DNA of 64,000 nt from the human T2T-CHM13v2.0 reference genome, Homo sapiens: NCBI RefSeq assembly GCF_009914755.1, contig NC_060942.1; one strand, written 5' to 3'. Shown here in pieces: positions 28,401-42,418 of the stretch. Position 1 is the stretch's first letter. Every line of letters begins with the position of its first letter. Made by a program: the position numbers and the translations under genes. Below the pieces are notes generated by a model, which did not search any database, was not told the DNA's origin, and saw only the letters and a program-made list of their open reading frames with translations.

Positions 28401-31400
28401 ATTTGGAGCGCTTTCAGGGCTAAGGTGAAAAAGGAAATATCTTCCCATAAAAACTGGACAGAAGCATTCTCAGAAACTTGTTTATGCTGTATCTACTCAA
28501 CTAACAAAGTTGAACCTTTCTTTTGATAGAGCAGTTTTGAAATGCTCTTTTTGTGGAATCTACAAGTGGATATTTGGCTAGGTTTGAGGATTTCGTTGGA
28601 AGCGGGAATTCATACAAATTGCAGACTGCAGCGTTCTGAGAAACATCTTTGTGATGTTTGTATTCAGGACACAGAGTTGAGTATTCCCTATCATAGAGCA
28701 GGTTGGAATCACTCCTTTTGTAGTATCTGCAAGTGGACATTTGGAGCGCTTTCAGGCCTATGTTGAAAAAGGAAATATCTTCCCATAACAACTAGGCAGA
28801 AGCATTCTCAGAAACTTGTTTGTGATGTGTGCCCTCTACTGACACATTTGAACCTTTCTTTTCATAGAGCACTTTCGAAACACTCTTTTTGTAGAATCTG
28901 CAAGAGGATATTTGCATAGCTTTGAGGATTTTGTGGGAAACGGGATTGTCTTCAGGTAAAATCTAGACAGAAGCATTCTCAGAAACTTCTTTGGGATGTT
29001 TGCATTCAAGTCACAGAGTAGAACATTCACTTTGGTAGAGCAGGTTTCAAACACTCTTTTTGTAGTGTGTGTAAGTGGACATTTGGAGCGCTTTCAGGCC
29101 TACGTTGGAAAAGGAAATATCTTCCCATAACAACTAGACAGAAGCATTCTCAGAAACTAGTTTCTGATGTGTGTCCTCAACTAACACAGTTGAACATTTC
29201 TTTAGACAGAACAGTTTTGAAACACTCTTTTTGTGGAATCTGCAAGTGGATATTTGGCTAGATTTGAGGATTTCGTTGGAAACGGGATTACATATAAAAA
29301 GCAGACAGCAGCATTCTCAGAAACTTCTTTGTGATGATTGCATTCAAGTCACAGAATTGAACATTCCCTTTCACAGAGCAGGTTTGAAACACTCTTTTTG
29401 TAGTGTGTGTAAGTGGACATTTGGAGCACTTTCCGGCCTAAGGTGAACAAGGAAATATCTTCCCATAAAAACTAGACAGAAGCATTCTCAGAAACTTACT
29501 CGTGATGTGTGTCCTCAACTAAAGGAGTAGAACCTTTCTTTTCATAGAGAAGTTTTGAAACGCTCTTTTTGTGGAATCTGCAAGTGGATATTTGGCTAGT
29601 TTTGAGGATTTCGTTGGAAGCGGGAATTCATACAAATTGCAGACTGCAGCGTTCTGAGAAACATCTTTGTGATGTTTGTATTCAGGACACAGAGTTGAAC
29701 ATTCCCTATCATAGAGCAGGTTTGAATCACTCCTTTTGTAGTATCTGGAAGTGGACATTTGGAGCGCTTTCAGGCCTATGTTGGAAAAGGAAATATCTTC
29801 CCATAACAACAACACAGAAGCATTCTCAGAAACTTATTTGAGATGTGTGTACTCAACTAAGAGAATTGAACCACCGTTTTGAAGGAGCAGTTTTGAAACA
29901 CTCTTTTTCTGGAATCTGCAAGTGGATATTTGGCTAGCTTTGGGGATTTCGCTGGAAGCGGGAATACATATAAAAAGCACACAGCAGCGTTCTGAGAAAC
30001 TGCTTTCTGATGTTTGCATTCAAGTCAAAAGTTGAACACTCCCTTTCATAGAGCAGTCTTGAAACACCCCTTTTGTAGTATCTGGAACTGGACATTTGGA
30101 GCGCTTTCAGGGCTAAGGTGAAAAAGGAAATTCCTTCCCATAAAAACTGGACAGAAGCATTCTCAGAAACTTGTTTATGCTGTATCTACTCAACTAACAA
30201 AGTTGAACCTTTCTTTTGATAGAGCAGTTTTGAAATGCTCTTTTTGTGGAATCTGCAAGTGGATATTTGGCTAGGTTTGAGGATTTCGTTGGAAGCGGGA
30301 ATTCATACAAATTGCAGACTGCAGCGTTCTGAGAAACATCTTTGTGATGTTTGTATTCAGGACACAGAGTTGAACATTCCCTATCATAGAGCAGGTTGGA
30401 ATCACTCCTTTTCTAGTATCTGGAAGTGGACATTTGGAGCGCTTTCAGGCCCATGTTGAAAAAGGAAATATCTTCCCATAACAACTAGGCAGAAGCATTC
30501 TCAGAAACTTGTTTGTGATGTGTGCCCTCTACTGACACAGTTGAACCTTTCTTTTCATAGAGCAGTTTCGAAACACTCTTTTTGTAGAATCTGCAAGAGG
30601 ATATTTGCATAGCTTTGAGGATTTCGTGGGAAACGGGATTGTCTTCAGATAAAATCTAGACAGAAGCATTCTCAGAAACTTCTTTGGGATGTTTGCATTC
30701 AAGTCACAGAGTAGAACATTCCCTTTGGTAGAGCAGGTTTGAAACACTCTTTTTGTAGTGTGTGTAAGTGGACATTTGGAGCGCTTTCAGGCCTACGTTG
30801 GAAAAGGAAATATCTTCCCATAACAACTAGACAGAAGCATTCTCAGAAACTAGTTTCTGATGTGTGTCCTCAACTAACACAGTTGAACTTTTCTTTAGAC
30901 AGAACAGTTTTGAAACACTCTTTTGTGGAATCTGCAAGTGGATATTTGGCTAGATTTGAGGATTTCTTTGGAAACGGGATTACATATAAAAAGCAGACAG
31001 CAGCATTCTCAGAAACTTCTTTGTGATGATTGCATTCAAGTCACAGAATTGAACATTCCCTTTCACAGAGCAGGTTTGAAACACTCTTTTTGTAGTGTGT
31101 GTAAGTGGACATTTGGAGCGCTTTCCAGCCTAAGGTGAACAAGGAAATATCTTGCCATAAAAACTAGACAGAAGCATTCTCAGAAACTTACTCGTGATGT
31201 GTGTCCTCAACTAAAGGAGTAGAACCTTTCTTTTCATAGAGAAGTTTTGAAACGCTCTTTTTGTGGAATCTGCAAGTGGATATTTGGCTAGTTTGGAGGA
31301 TTTCGTTGGAAGCGGGAATTCATACAAATTGCAGACTGCAGCGTTCTGAGAAACATCTTTGTGATGTTTGTATTCAGGACACAGAGTGGAACATTCCCTA

Positions 31401-34400
31401 TCATAGAGCAGGTTTGAATCACTCCTTTTGTAGTATCTGGAAGTGGACATTTGGAGCGCTTTCAGGTCTATGTTGGAAAAGGAAATATCTTCCCATAACA
31501 ACTAGACAGAAGCATTCTCAGAAACTTATTTGAGATGTGTGTACTCAACTAAGAGAATTGAACCACCGTTTTGAAGGAGCAGTTTTGAAACACTCTTTTT
31601 CTGGAATCTGCAAGTGGATATTTGGCTAGCTTTGGGGATTTCGCTGGAAGCGGGAATACATATAAAAAGCACACAGCAGCGTTCTGAGAAACTGCTTTCT
31701 GATGTTTGCATTCAAGTCAAAAGTTGAACACTCCCTTTCATAGAGCAGTCTTGAAACACCCCTTTTGTAGTATCTGGAACTGGACATTTGGAGCGCTTTC
31801 AGGGCTAAGGTGAAAAAGGAAATATCTTCCCATAAAAACTGGACAGAAGCATTCTCAGAAACTTGTTTATGCTGTATCTACTCAACTAACAAAGTTGAAC
31901 CTTTCTTTTGATAGAGCAGTTTTGAAATGCTCTTTTTGTGGAATCTGCAAGTGGATATTTGTCTAGGTTTGAGGATTTCGTTGGAAGCGGGAATTCATAC
32001 AAATTGCAGACTGCAGCGTTCTGAGAAACATCTTTGTGATGTTTGTATTCAGGACACAGAGTTGAACATTCCCTATCATAGAGCAGGTTGGAATCACTCC
32101 TTTTGTAGTATCTGGAAGTGGACATTTGGAGCGCTTTCAGGCCTATGTTGAAAAAGGAAATATCTTCCCATAACAACTAGGCAGAAGCATTCTCAGAAAC
32201 TTGTTTGTGATGTGTGCCCTCTACTGACACAGTTGAACCTTTCTTTTCATAGAGCAGTTTCGAAACACTCTTTTTGTAGAATCTGCAAGAGGATATTTGC
32301 ATAGCTTTGAGGATTTCGTGGGAAACGGGATTGTCTTCAGGTAAAATCTAGACAGAAGCATTCTCAGAAACTTCTTTGGGATGTTTGCATTCAAGTCACA
32401 GAGTTGAACATTCCCTTTGTTAGAGCAGGTTTGAAACACTCTTTTAGTAGTGTGTGTAAGTGGACATTTGGAGCGCTTTCAGGCCTACGTTGGAAAAGGA
32501 AATATCTTCCCATAACAACTAGACAGAAGCATTCTCAGAAACTAGTTTCTGATGTGTGTCCTCAACTAACACAGTTGAACATTTCTTTAGACAGAACAGT
32601 TTTGAAACACTCTTTTTGTGGAATCTGCAAGTGGATATTTGGCTAGATTTGAGGATTTCGTTGGAAACGGGATTACATATAAAAAGCAGACAGCAGCATT
32701 CTCAGAAACTTCTTTGTGATGATTGCATTCAAGTCACAGAATTGAACATTCCCTTTCACAGAGCAGGTTTGAAACACTCTTTTTGTAGTGTGTGTAAGTG
32801 GACATTTGGAGCGCTTTCCGGCCTAAGGTGAACAAGGAAATATCTTGCCATAAAAACTAGACAGAAGCATTCTCAGAAACTTACTCGTGATGTGTGTCCT
32901 CAACTAAAGGAGTAGAACCTTTCTTTTCATAGAGAAGTTTTGAAACGCTCTTTTTGTGGAATCTGCAAGTGGATATTTGGCTAGTTTGGAGGATTTCGTT
33001 GGAAGCGGGAATTCATACAAATTGCTGACTGCAGCGTTCTGAGAAACATCTTTGTGATGTTTGTATTCAGGACACAGAGTTGAACATTCCCTATCATAGA
33101 GCAGGTTGGAATCACTCCTTTTGTAGTATCTGGAAGTGGACATTTGGAGCGCTTTCAGGCCTATGTTGGAAAACGAAATATCTTCCCATAACAACTAGAC
33201 AGAAGCATTCTCAGAAACTTATTTGAGATGTGTGTACTCAACTAAGAGAATTGAACCACCGTTTTGAAGGAGCAGTTTTGAAACACTCTTTTTCTGGAAT
33301 CTGCAAGTGGATATTTGGCTAGCTTTGGGGATTTCGCTGGAAGCGGGAATACATATAAAAAGCACACAGCAGCGTTCTGAGAAACTGTTTTCTGATGTTT
33401 GCATTCAAGACAAAAGTTGAACACTCCCTTTCATAGAGCAGTCTTGAAACACCCCTTTTGTAGTATCTGGAACTGGACATTTGGAGCGCTTTCAGGGCTA
33501 AGGTGAAAAAGGAAATATCTTCCCATAAAAACTGGACAGAAGCATTCTCAGAAACTTGTTTATGCTGTATCTACTCAACTAACAAAGTTGAACCTTTCTT
33601 TTGATAGAGCAGTTTTGAAATGCTCTTTTTGTGGAATCTGCAAGTGGATATTTGGCTAGGTTTGAGGATTTCGTTGGAAGCGGGAATTCATACAAATTGC
33701 AGACTGCAGCGTTCTGAGAAACATCTTTGTGATGTTTGTATTCAGGACACAGAGTTGAACATTCCCTATCATAGAGCAGGTTGGAATCACTCCTTTTGTA
33801 GTATCTGGAAGTGGACATTTCTAGCGCTTTCAGGCCTATGTTGAAAAAGGAAATATCTTCTCATAACAACTAGGCAGAAGCATTCTCAGAAACTTGTTTG
33901 TGATGTGTGCCCTCTACTGACACAGTTGAACCTTTCTTTTCATAGAGCAGTTTCGAAACACTCTTTTTGTAGAATCTGCAAGAGGATATTTGCATAGCTT
34001 TGAGGATTTCGTGGGAAACGGGATTGTCTTCAGGTAAAATCTAGACAGAAGCATTCTCAGAAACTTCTTTGGGATGTTTGCATTCAAGTCACAGAGTAGA
34101 ACATTCCCTTTGGTAGAGCAGGTTTGAAACACTCTTTTAGTAGTGTGTGTAAGTGGACATTTGGAGCGCTTTCAGGCCTACGTTGGAAAAGGAAATATCT
34201 TCCCATAACAACTAGACAGAAGCATTCTCAGAAACTAGTTTCTGATGTGTGTCCTCAACTAACACAGTTGAACATTTCTTTAGACAGAACAGTTTTGAAA
34301 CACTCTTTTTGTGGAATCTGCAAGTGGATATTTGGCTAGATTTGAGGATTTCGTTGGAAACGGGATTACATATAAAAAGCAGACAGCAGCATTCTCAGAA

Positions 34401-35585
34401 ACTTCTTTGTGATGATTGCATTCAAGTCACAGAATTGAACATTCCCTTTCACAGAGCAGGTTTGAAACACTCTTTTTGTAGTGTGTGTAAGTGGACATTT
34501 GGAGCGCTTTCCGGCCTAAGGTGAACAAGGAAATATCTTCCCATAAAAACTAGACAGAAGCATTCTCAGAAACTTACTCGTGATGTGTGTCCTCAACTAA
34601 AGGAGTAGAACCTTTCTTTTCATAGAGAAGTTTTGAAACGCTCTTTTTGTGGAATCTGCAAGTGGATATTTGGCTAGTTTGGAGGATTTCGTTGGAAGCG
34701 GGAATTCATACAAATTGCAGACTGCAGCGTTCTGAGAAACATCTTTGTGATGTTTGTATTCAGGACACAGAGTTGAACATTCCCTATCATAGAGCAGGTT
34801 GGAATCACTCCTTTTGTAGTATCTGGAAGTGGACATTTGGAGCGCTTTCAGGCCTATGTTGGAAAAGGAAATATCTTCCCATAACAACTAGACAGAAGCA
34901 TTCTCAGAAACTTATTTGAGATGTGTGTACTCAACTAAGAGAATTGAACCACCGTTTTGAAGGAGCAGTTTTGAAACACTCTTTTTCTGGAATCTGCAAG
35001 TGGATATTTGGCTAGCTTTGGGGATTTCGCTGGAAGCGGGAATACATATAAAAAGCACACAGCAGCGTTCTGAGAAACTGCTTTCTGATGTTTGCATTCA
35101 AGTCAAAAGTTGAACACTCCCTTTCATAGAGCAGTCTTGAAACACCCCTTTTGTAGTATCTGGAACTGGACATTTGGAGCGCTTTCAGGGCTAAGGTGAA
35201 AAAGGAAATATCTTCCCATAAAAACTGGACAGAAGCATTCTCAGAAACTTGTTTATGCTGTATCTACTCAACTAACAAAGTTGAACCTTTCTTTTGATAG
35301 AGCAGTTTTGAAATGCTCTTTTTGTGGAATCTACAAGTGGATATTTGGCTAGGTTTGAGGATTTCGTTGGAAGCGGGAATTCATACAAATTGCAGACTGC
35401 AGCGTTCTGAGAAACATCTTTGTGATGTTTGTATTCAGGACACAGAGTTGAATATTCCCTATCATAGAGCAGGTTGGAATCACTCCTTTTGTAGTATCTG
35501 GAAGTGGACATTTGGAGCGCTTTCAGGCCTATGTTGAAAAAGGAAATATCTTCCCATAACAACTAGGCAGAAGCATTCTCAGAAA
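25429..35585 (+). repeat. Run of six 10-mer HORs (A-B-C-D-E, 1693 bp)
   Basis: Unit lengths are 1693, 1693, 1693, 1692, 1693 and 1693 bp. Confidence 0.93.
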
Positions 35586-38500
35586 CTTGTTTGTGATGTG
35601 TGCCCTCTACTGACACAGTTGAACCTTTCTTTTCATAGAGCACTTTCGAAACACTCTTTTTGTAGAATCTGCAAGAGGATATTTGCATAGCTTTGAGGAT
35701 TTTGTGGGAAACTGGATTGTCTTCAGGTAAAATCTAGACAGAAGCATTCTCAGAAACTTCTTTGGGATGTTTGCATTCAAGTCACAGAATAGAACATTCA
35801 CTTTGGTAGAGCAGGTTTCAAACACTCTTTTTGTAGTGTGTGTAAGTGGACATTTGGAGTGCTTTCTGGCCTACGTTGGAAAAGGAAATATCTTCCCATA
35901 ACAACTAGACAGAAGCATTCTCAGAAACTAGTTTCTGATGTGTGTCCTCAACTAACACAGTTGAACATTTCTTTAGACAGAACAGTTTGAAACACTCTTT
36001 TTGTGGAATCTGCAAGTGGATATTTGCTAGATTTGAGGATTTCGTTGGAAACGGGATTACATATAAAAAGCAGACAGCAGCTTTCTCAGAAACTTCTTTG
36101 TGATGATTGCATTCAAGTCACAGAATTGAACATTCCCTTTCACAGAGCAGGTTTGAAACACTCTTTTTGTAGTGTGTGTAAGTGGACATTTGGAGCGCTT
36201 TCCGGCCTAAGGTGAACAAGGAAATATCTTCCCATAAAAACTAGACAGAAGCATTCTCAGAAACTTACTCGTGATGTGTGTCCTCAACTAAAGGAGTAGA
36301 ACCTTTCTTTTCATAGAGAAGTTTTGAAACGCTCTTTTTGTGGAATCTGCAAGTGGATATTTGGCTAGTTTTGAGGATTTCGTTGGAAGCGGGAATTCAT
36401 ACAAATTGCAGACTGCAGCGTTCTGAGAAACATCTTTGTGATGTTTGTATTCAGGACACAGAGTTGAACATTCCCTATCATAGAGCAGGTTGGAATCACT
36501 CCTTTTGTAGTATCTGGAAGTGGACATTTGGAGCGCTTTCAGGCCTATGTTGAAAAAGGAAATATCTTCCCATAACAACTAGACAGAAGCATTCTCAGAA
36601 ACTTGTTTGTGATGTGTGCCCTCTACTGACACAGTTGAACCTTTCTTTTCATAGAGCACTTACGAAACACTCTTTTTGTAGAATCTGCAAGAGGATATTT
36701 GCATAGCTTTGAGGATTTCGTGGGAAACGGGATTGTCTTCATGTAAAATCTAGACAGAAGCATTCTCAGAAACTTCTTTGGGATGTTTGCATTCAAGTCA
36801 CAGAGTAGAACATTCCCTTTGGTAGAGCAGGTTTGAAACACTCTTTTTGTAGTGTGTGTAAGTGGACATTTGGAGCGCTTTCAGGCCTACTTTGGAAAAG
36901 GAAATATCTTCCCATAACAACTAGACAGAAGCATTCTCAGAAACTAGTTTCTGATGTGTGTCCTCAACTAACACAGTTGAACATTTCTTTAGACAGAACA
37001 GTTTTGAAACACTCTTTTTGTGGAATCTGCAAGTGGATATTTGGCTAGATTTGAGGATTTCGTTGGAAACGGGATTACATATAAAAAGCAGAAAGCAGCA
37101 TTCTCAAAAACTTCTTTGTGATGATTGCATTCAAGTCACAGAATTGAACATTCCCTTTCACAGAGCAGGTTTGAAACACTCTTTTTGTAGTGTGTGTAAG
37201 TGGACATTTGGAGCGCTTTCCGGCCTAAGGTGAACAAGGAAATATCTTCCCATAAAAACTAGACAGAAGCATTCTCAGAAACTTACTCGTGATGTGTGTC
37301 CTCAACTAAAGGAGTAGAACCTTTCTTTTCATAGAGAAGTTTTGAAACGCTCTTTTTGTGGAATCTGCAAGTGGATATTTGGCTAGTTTGGAGGATTTCG
37401 TTGGAAGCGGGAATTCATACAAATTGCAGACTGCAGCGTTCTGAGAAACATCTTTGTGACGTTTGTATTCAGGACACAGAGTTGAACATTCCCTATCATA
37501 GAGCAAGTTGGAATCACTCCTTTTGTAGTATCTGGAAGTGGACATTTGGAGCGCTTTCAGGCCTATGTTGAAAAAGGAAATATCTTCCCATAACAACTAG
37601 ACAGAAGCATTCTCAGAAACTTGTTTGTGATATGTGCCCTCTACTGACACAGTTGAACCTTTCTTTTCATAGAGCACTTTCGAAACACTCTTTTTGTAGA
37701 ATCTGCAAGAGGATATTTGCATAGCTTTGAGGATTTTGTGGGAAACGGGATTGTCTTCAGGTAAAATCTAGACAGAAGCATTCTCAGAAACTTCTTTGGG
37801 ATGTTTGCATTCAAGTCACAGAGTAGAACATTCCCTTTGGTAGAGCAGGTTTGAAACACTCTTTTTGTAGTGTGTGTAAGTGGACATTTGGAGAGCTTTC
37901 AGGCCTACGTTGGAAAAGGAAATATCTTCCCATAACAACTAGACAGAAGCATTCTCAGAAACTAGTTTCTGATGTGTGTCCTCAACTAACACAGTTGAAC
38001 TTTTCTTTAGACAGAACAGTTTTGAAACACTCTTTTGTGGAATCTGCAAGTGGATATTTGGCTAGATTTGAGGATTTCGTTGGAAAAGGGATTACATATA
38101 AAAAGCAGACAGCAGCATTCTCAGAAACTTCTTTGTGATGATTGTATTCAGGACACAGAGTTGAACATTCCCTATCATAGAGCAGGTTGGAATCACTCCT
38201 TTTGTAGTATCTGGAGGTGGACATTTGGAGCGCTTTCAGGCCTATGTTGAAAAAGGAAATATCTTCCCATAACAACTAGGCAGAAGCATTCTCAGAAACT
38301 TGTTTGTGATGTGTGCCTTCTACTGACACAGTTGAACCTTTCTTTTCATAGAGCAGTTTCGAAACTCTCTTTTTGTAGAATCTGCAAGAGGATATTTGCA
38401 TAGCTTTGAGGATTTCGTGGGAAACGGGATTGTCTTCAGCTAAAATCTAGACAGAAGCATTCTCAGAAACTTCTTTGGGATGTTTGCATTCAAGTCACAG

Positions 38501-41500
38501 AGTAGAACATTCACTTTGGTAGAGCAGGTTTGAAACACTCTTTTTGTAGTGTGTGTAAGTGGACATTTGGAGCGCTTTCAGGCCTACGTTGGAAAAGGAA
38601 ATATCTTCCCATAACAACTAGACAGAAGCATTCTCAGAAACTAGTTTCTGATGTGTGTCCTCAACTAACACAGTTGAACATTTCTTTAGACAGAACAGTT
38701 TTGAAACACTCTTTTTGTGGAATCTGCAAGTGGATATTTGGCTAGATTTGAGGATTTCGTTGGAAACGGGATTACATATAAAAAGCAGACAGCAGCATTC
38801 TCAGAATCTTCTTTGTGATGATTGCATTCAAGTCACAGAATTGAACATTCCCTTTCACAGAGCAGGTTTGAAACACTCTTTTTGTAGTGTGTGTAAGTGG
38901 ACATTTGGAGCGCTTTTCGGCCTAAGGTGAAAAAGGAAATATCTTCCCATAAAAACTAGACAGAAGCATTCTCAGAAACTTACTCGTGATGAGTGTCCTC
39001 AACTAAAGGAGTAGAACCTTTCTTTTCATAGAGAAGTTTTGAAACGCTCTTTTTGTGGAATCTGCAAGTGGGTATTTGGCTAGTTTTGAGGATTTCGTTG
39101 GAAGCGGGAATTCATACAAATTGCAGACTGCAGCGTTCTGAGAAACATCTTTGTGATGTTTGTATTCAGGACACAGAGTTGAACATTCCCTATCATAGAG
39201 CAGGTTGGAATCACTCCTTTTGTAGTATCTGGAAGTGGACATTTCTAGCGCTTTCAGGCATATGTTGAAAAAGGAAATATCTTCCCATAACAACTAGACA
39301 GAGGCATTCTCAGAAACTTGTTTGTGATGTGTGCCCTCTACTGACACAGTTGAACCTTTCTTTTCATAGAGCACTTTCGAAACACTCTTTTTGTAGAATT
39401 TGCAAGAGGATATTTGCATAGCTTTGAGGATTTCGTGGGAAACGGGATTGTCTTCAGGTAAAATCTAGACAGAAGCATTCTCAGAAACTTCTTTGGGATG
39501 TTTGCATTCAAGTCACAGAGTAGAACATTCCCTTTGGTAGAGCAGGTTTGAAACACTCTTTTTGTAGTGTGTGTAAGTGGACATTTGGAGCGCTTTCAGG
39601 CCTACGTTGGAAAAGGAAATATCTTCCCATAACAACTAGACAGAAGCATTCTCAGAAACTTACTCGTGATGTGTGTCCTCAACTAACACAGTTGAACTTT
39701 TCTTTAGACAGAACAGTTTTGAAACACTCTTTTGTGGAATCTGCAAGTGGATATTTGGCTAGATTTGAGGATTTCGTTGGAAAAGGGATTACATATAAAA
39801 AGCAGACAGCAGCATTCTCAGAAACTTCTTTGTGATGATTGTATTCAGGACACACAGTTGAACATTCCCTATCATAGAGCAGGTTGGAATCACTCCTTTT
39901 GTAGTATCTGGAAGTGGACATTTGGAGCGCTTTCAGGCCTATGTTGAAAAAGGAAATATCTTCCCATAACAACTAGGCAGAAGCATTCTCAGAAACTTGT
40001 TTGTGATGTGTGCCTTCTACTAACACAGTTGAACCTTTCTTTTCATAGAGCAGTTTCGAAACACTCTTTTTGTAGAATCTGCAAGAGGATATTTGCATAG
40101 ATTTGAGGATTTCGTGGGAAACGGGATTGTCTTCAGGTAAAATCTAGACAGAAGCATTCTCAGAAACTTCTTTGGGATGTTTGCATTCAAGTCACAGAGT
40201 AGAACATTCCCTTTGGTAGAGCAGGTTTGAAACACTCTTTTTGTAGTGTGTGTAAGTGGACATTTGGAGCGCTTTCAGGCCTACGTTGGAAAAGGAAATA
40301 TCTTCCCATAACAACTAGACAGAAGCATTCTCAGAAACTAGTTTCTGATGTGTGTCCTCAACTAGCACAGTTGAACATTTCTTTAGACAGAACAGTTTTG
40401 AAACACTCTTTTAGTGGAATCTGCAAGTGGATATTTGGCTAGATTTGAGGATTTCGTTGGAAACGGGATTACATATAAAAAGCAGACAGCAGCATTCTCA
40501 GAAACTTCTTTGTGATGATTGCATTCAAGTCACAGAATTGAACATTCCCTTTCACAGAGCAGGTTTGAAACACTCTTTTTGTAGTGTGTGTAAGTGGACA
40601 TTTGGAGCGCTTTCCGGCCTAAGGTGAACAAGGAAATATCTTCCCATAACAACTAGGCAGAGGCATTCTCAGAAACTTGTTTGTGATGTGTGCCCTCTAC
40701 TGACACAGTTGAACCTTTCTTTTCATAGAGCAGTTTCGAAACACTCTTTTTGTATAATCTCCAAGAGGATATTTGCATAGCTTTGAGGATTTCGTGGGAA
40801 ACGGGATTGTCTTCAGGTAAAATCTAGACAGAAGCATTCTCAGAAACTTCTTTGGGACGTTTGCATTCAAGTCACAGATTAGAACATTCACTTTGGTAGA
40901 GCAGGTTTGAAACACTCTTTTTGTAGTGTGTGTAAGTGGACATTTGGAGCGCTCTCAGGCCTACGTTGGAAAAGGAAATATCTTCCCATAACAACTAGAC
41001 ACAAGCATTCTCAGAAACTTGTTTGTGATGTGTGCCCTCTACTGACACAGTTGAACCTTTCTTTTCATAGAGCACTTTCGAAACACTCTTTTTGTAGAAT
41101 CTGCAAGAGGATATTTGCATAGCTTTGAGGATTTCGTGGGAAACGGGATTGTCTTCAGGTAAAATCTAGACAGAAGCATTCTCAGAAACTTCTTTGGGAT
41201 GTTTGCATTCAAGTCACAGAGTAGAATATTCCCTTTGGTAGAGCAGGTTTGAAACACTCTTTTTGTAGTGTGTGTAAGTGGACATTTGGAGCGCTTTCAG
41301 GCCTACATTGGAAAAGGAAATATCTTCCCATAACAACTAGACAGAAGCATTCTCAGAAACTAGTTTCTGATGTGTGTCCTCAACTAACACAGTTGAACAT
41401 TTCTTTAGACAGAACAGTTTTGAAACCCTCTTTTTGTGGAATCTACAAGTGGATATTTGGCTAGATTTGAGGATTTCGTTGGAAACGGGATTACATATAA

Positions 41501-42364
41501 AAAGCAGACAGCAGCATTCTCAGAAACTTCTTTGTGATGATTGCATTCAAGTCACAGAATTGAACATTCCCTTTCACAGAGCAGGTTTGAAACACTCTTT
41601 TTGTAGTGTGTGTAAGTGGACATTTGGAGCGCTTTCCGGCCTCAGGTGAACAAGGAAATATCTTCCCATAAAAACTAGACAGAAGCATTCTCAGAAACTT
41701 ACTCGTGATGTGTGTCCTCAACTAAAGGAGTAGAACCTTTCTTTTCATAGAGAAGTTTTGAAACGCTCTTTTTGTGGAATCTGCAAGTGGATATTTGGCT
41801 AGTTTGGAGGATTTCGTTGGAAGCGGGAATTCATACAAATTGCAGACTGCAGCGTTCTGAGAAACATCTTTGTGATGTTTGTATTCAGGACACAGAGTTG
41901 AACATTCCCTATCATAGAGCAGGTTGGAATCACTCCTTTTGTAGTATCTGGAAGTGGACATTTGGAGCGCTTTCAGGCCTATGTTGGAAAAGGAAATATC
42001 TTCCCATAACAACTAGACAGAAGCATTCTCAGAAACTTATTTGAGATGTGTGTACTCAACTAAGAGAATTGAACCACCGTTTTAAAAGAGCAGTTTTGAA
42101 ACACTCTTTTTCTGGAATCTGCAAGTGGATATTTGGCTAGCTTTGGGGATTTCGCTGGAAGCGGGAATACCTATAAAGAGCACACAGCAGCGTTCTGAGA
42201 ATCTGCTTTCTGATGTTTGCATTCAAGTCAAAAGTTGAACACTCACTTTCATAGAGCAGTCTTGAAACACCCCTTTTGTAGTATCTGGAACTGGACATTT
42301 GGAGCGCTTTCAGGGCTAAGGTGAAAAAGGAAATATCTTCCCATAAAAACTGGACAGAAGCATT

Positions 42365-42418
42365 CTCAGAAACTTGTTTATGCTGTATCTACTCAGAAAC
42401 TTGTTTATGCTGTATCTA
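42365..42418 (+). repeat. 27-bp perfect tandem duplication inside dimer E
   Basis: ctcagaaacttgtttatgctgtatcta occurs twice, and this HOR unit is 1720 bp (1693+27). Confidence 0.95.

Noticed and set aside
25429-35585. Assigning the 1.7-kb 10-mers to the separate chr18 array D18Z2
   Set aside because: The monomers are nearly identical to those of the adjacent 12-mer and differ by a clean 342-bp loss, so a structural variant of the same HOR is more parsimonious. Not verified by alignment.
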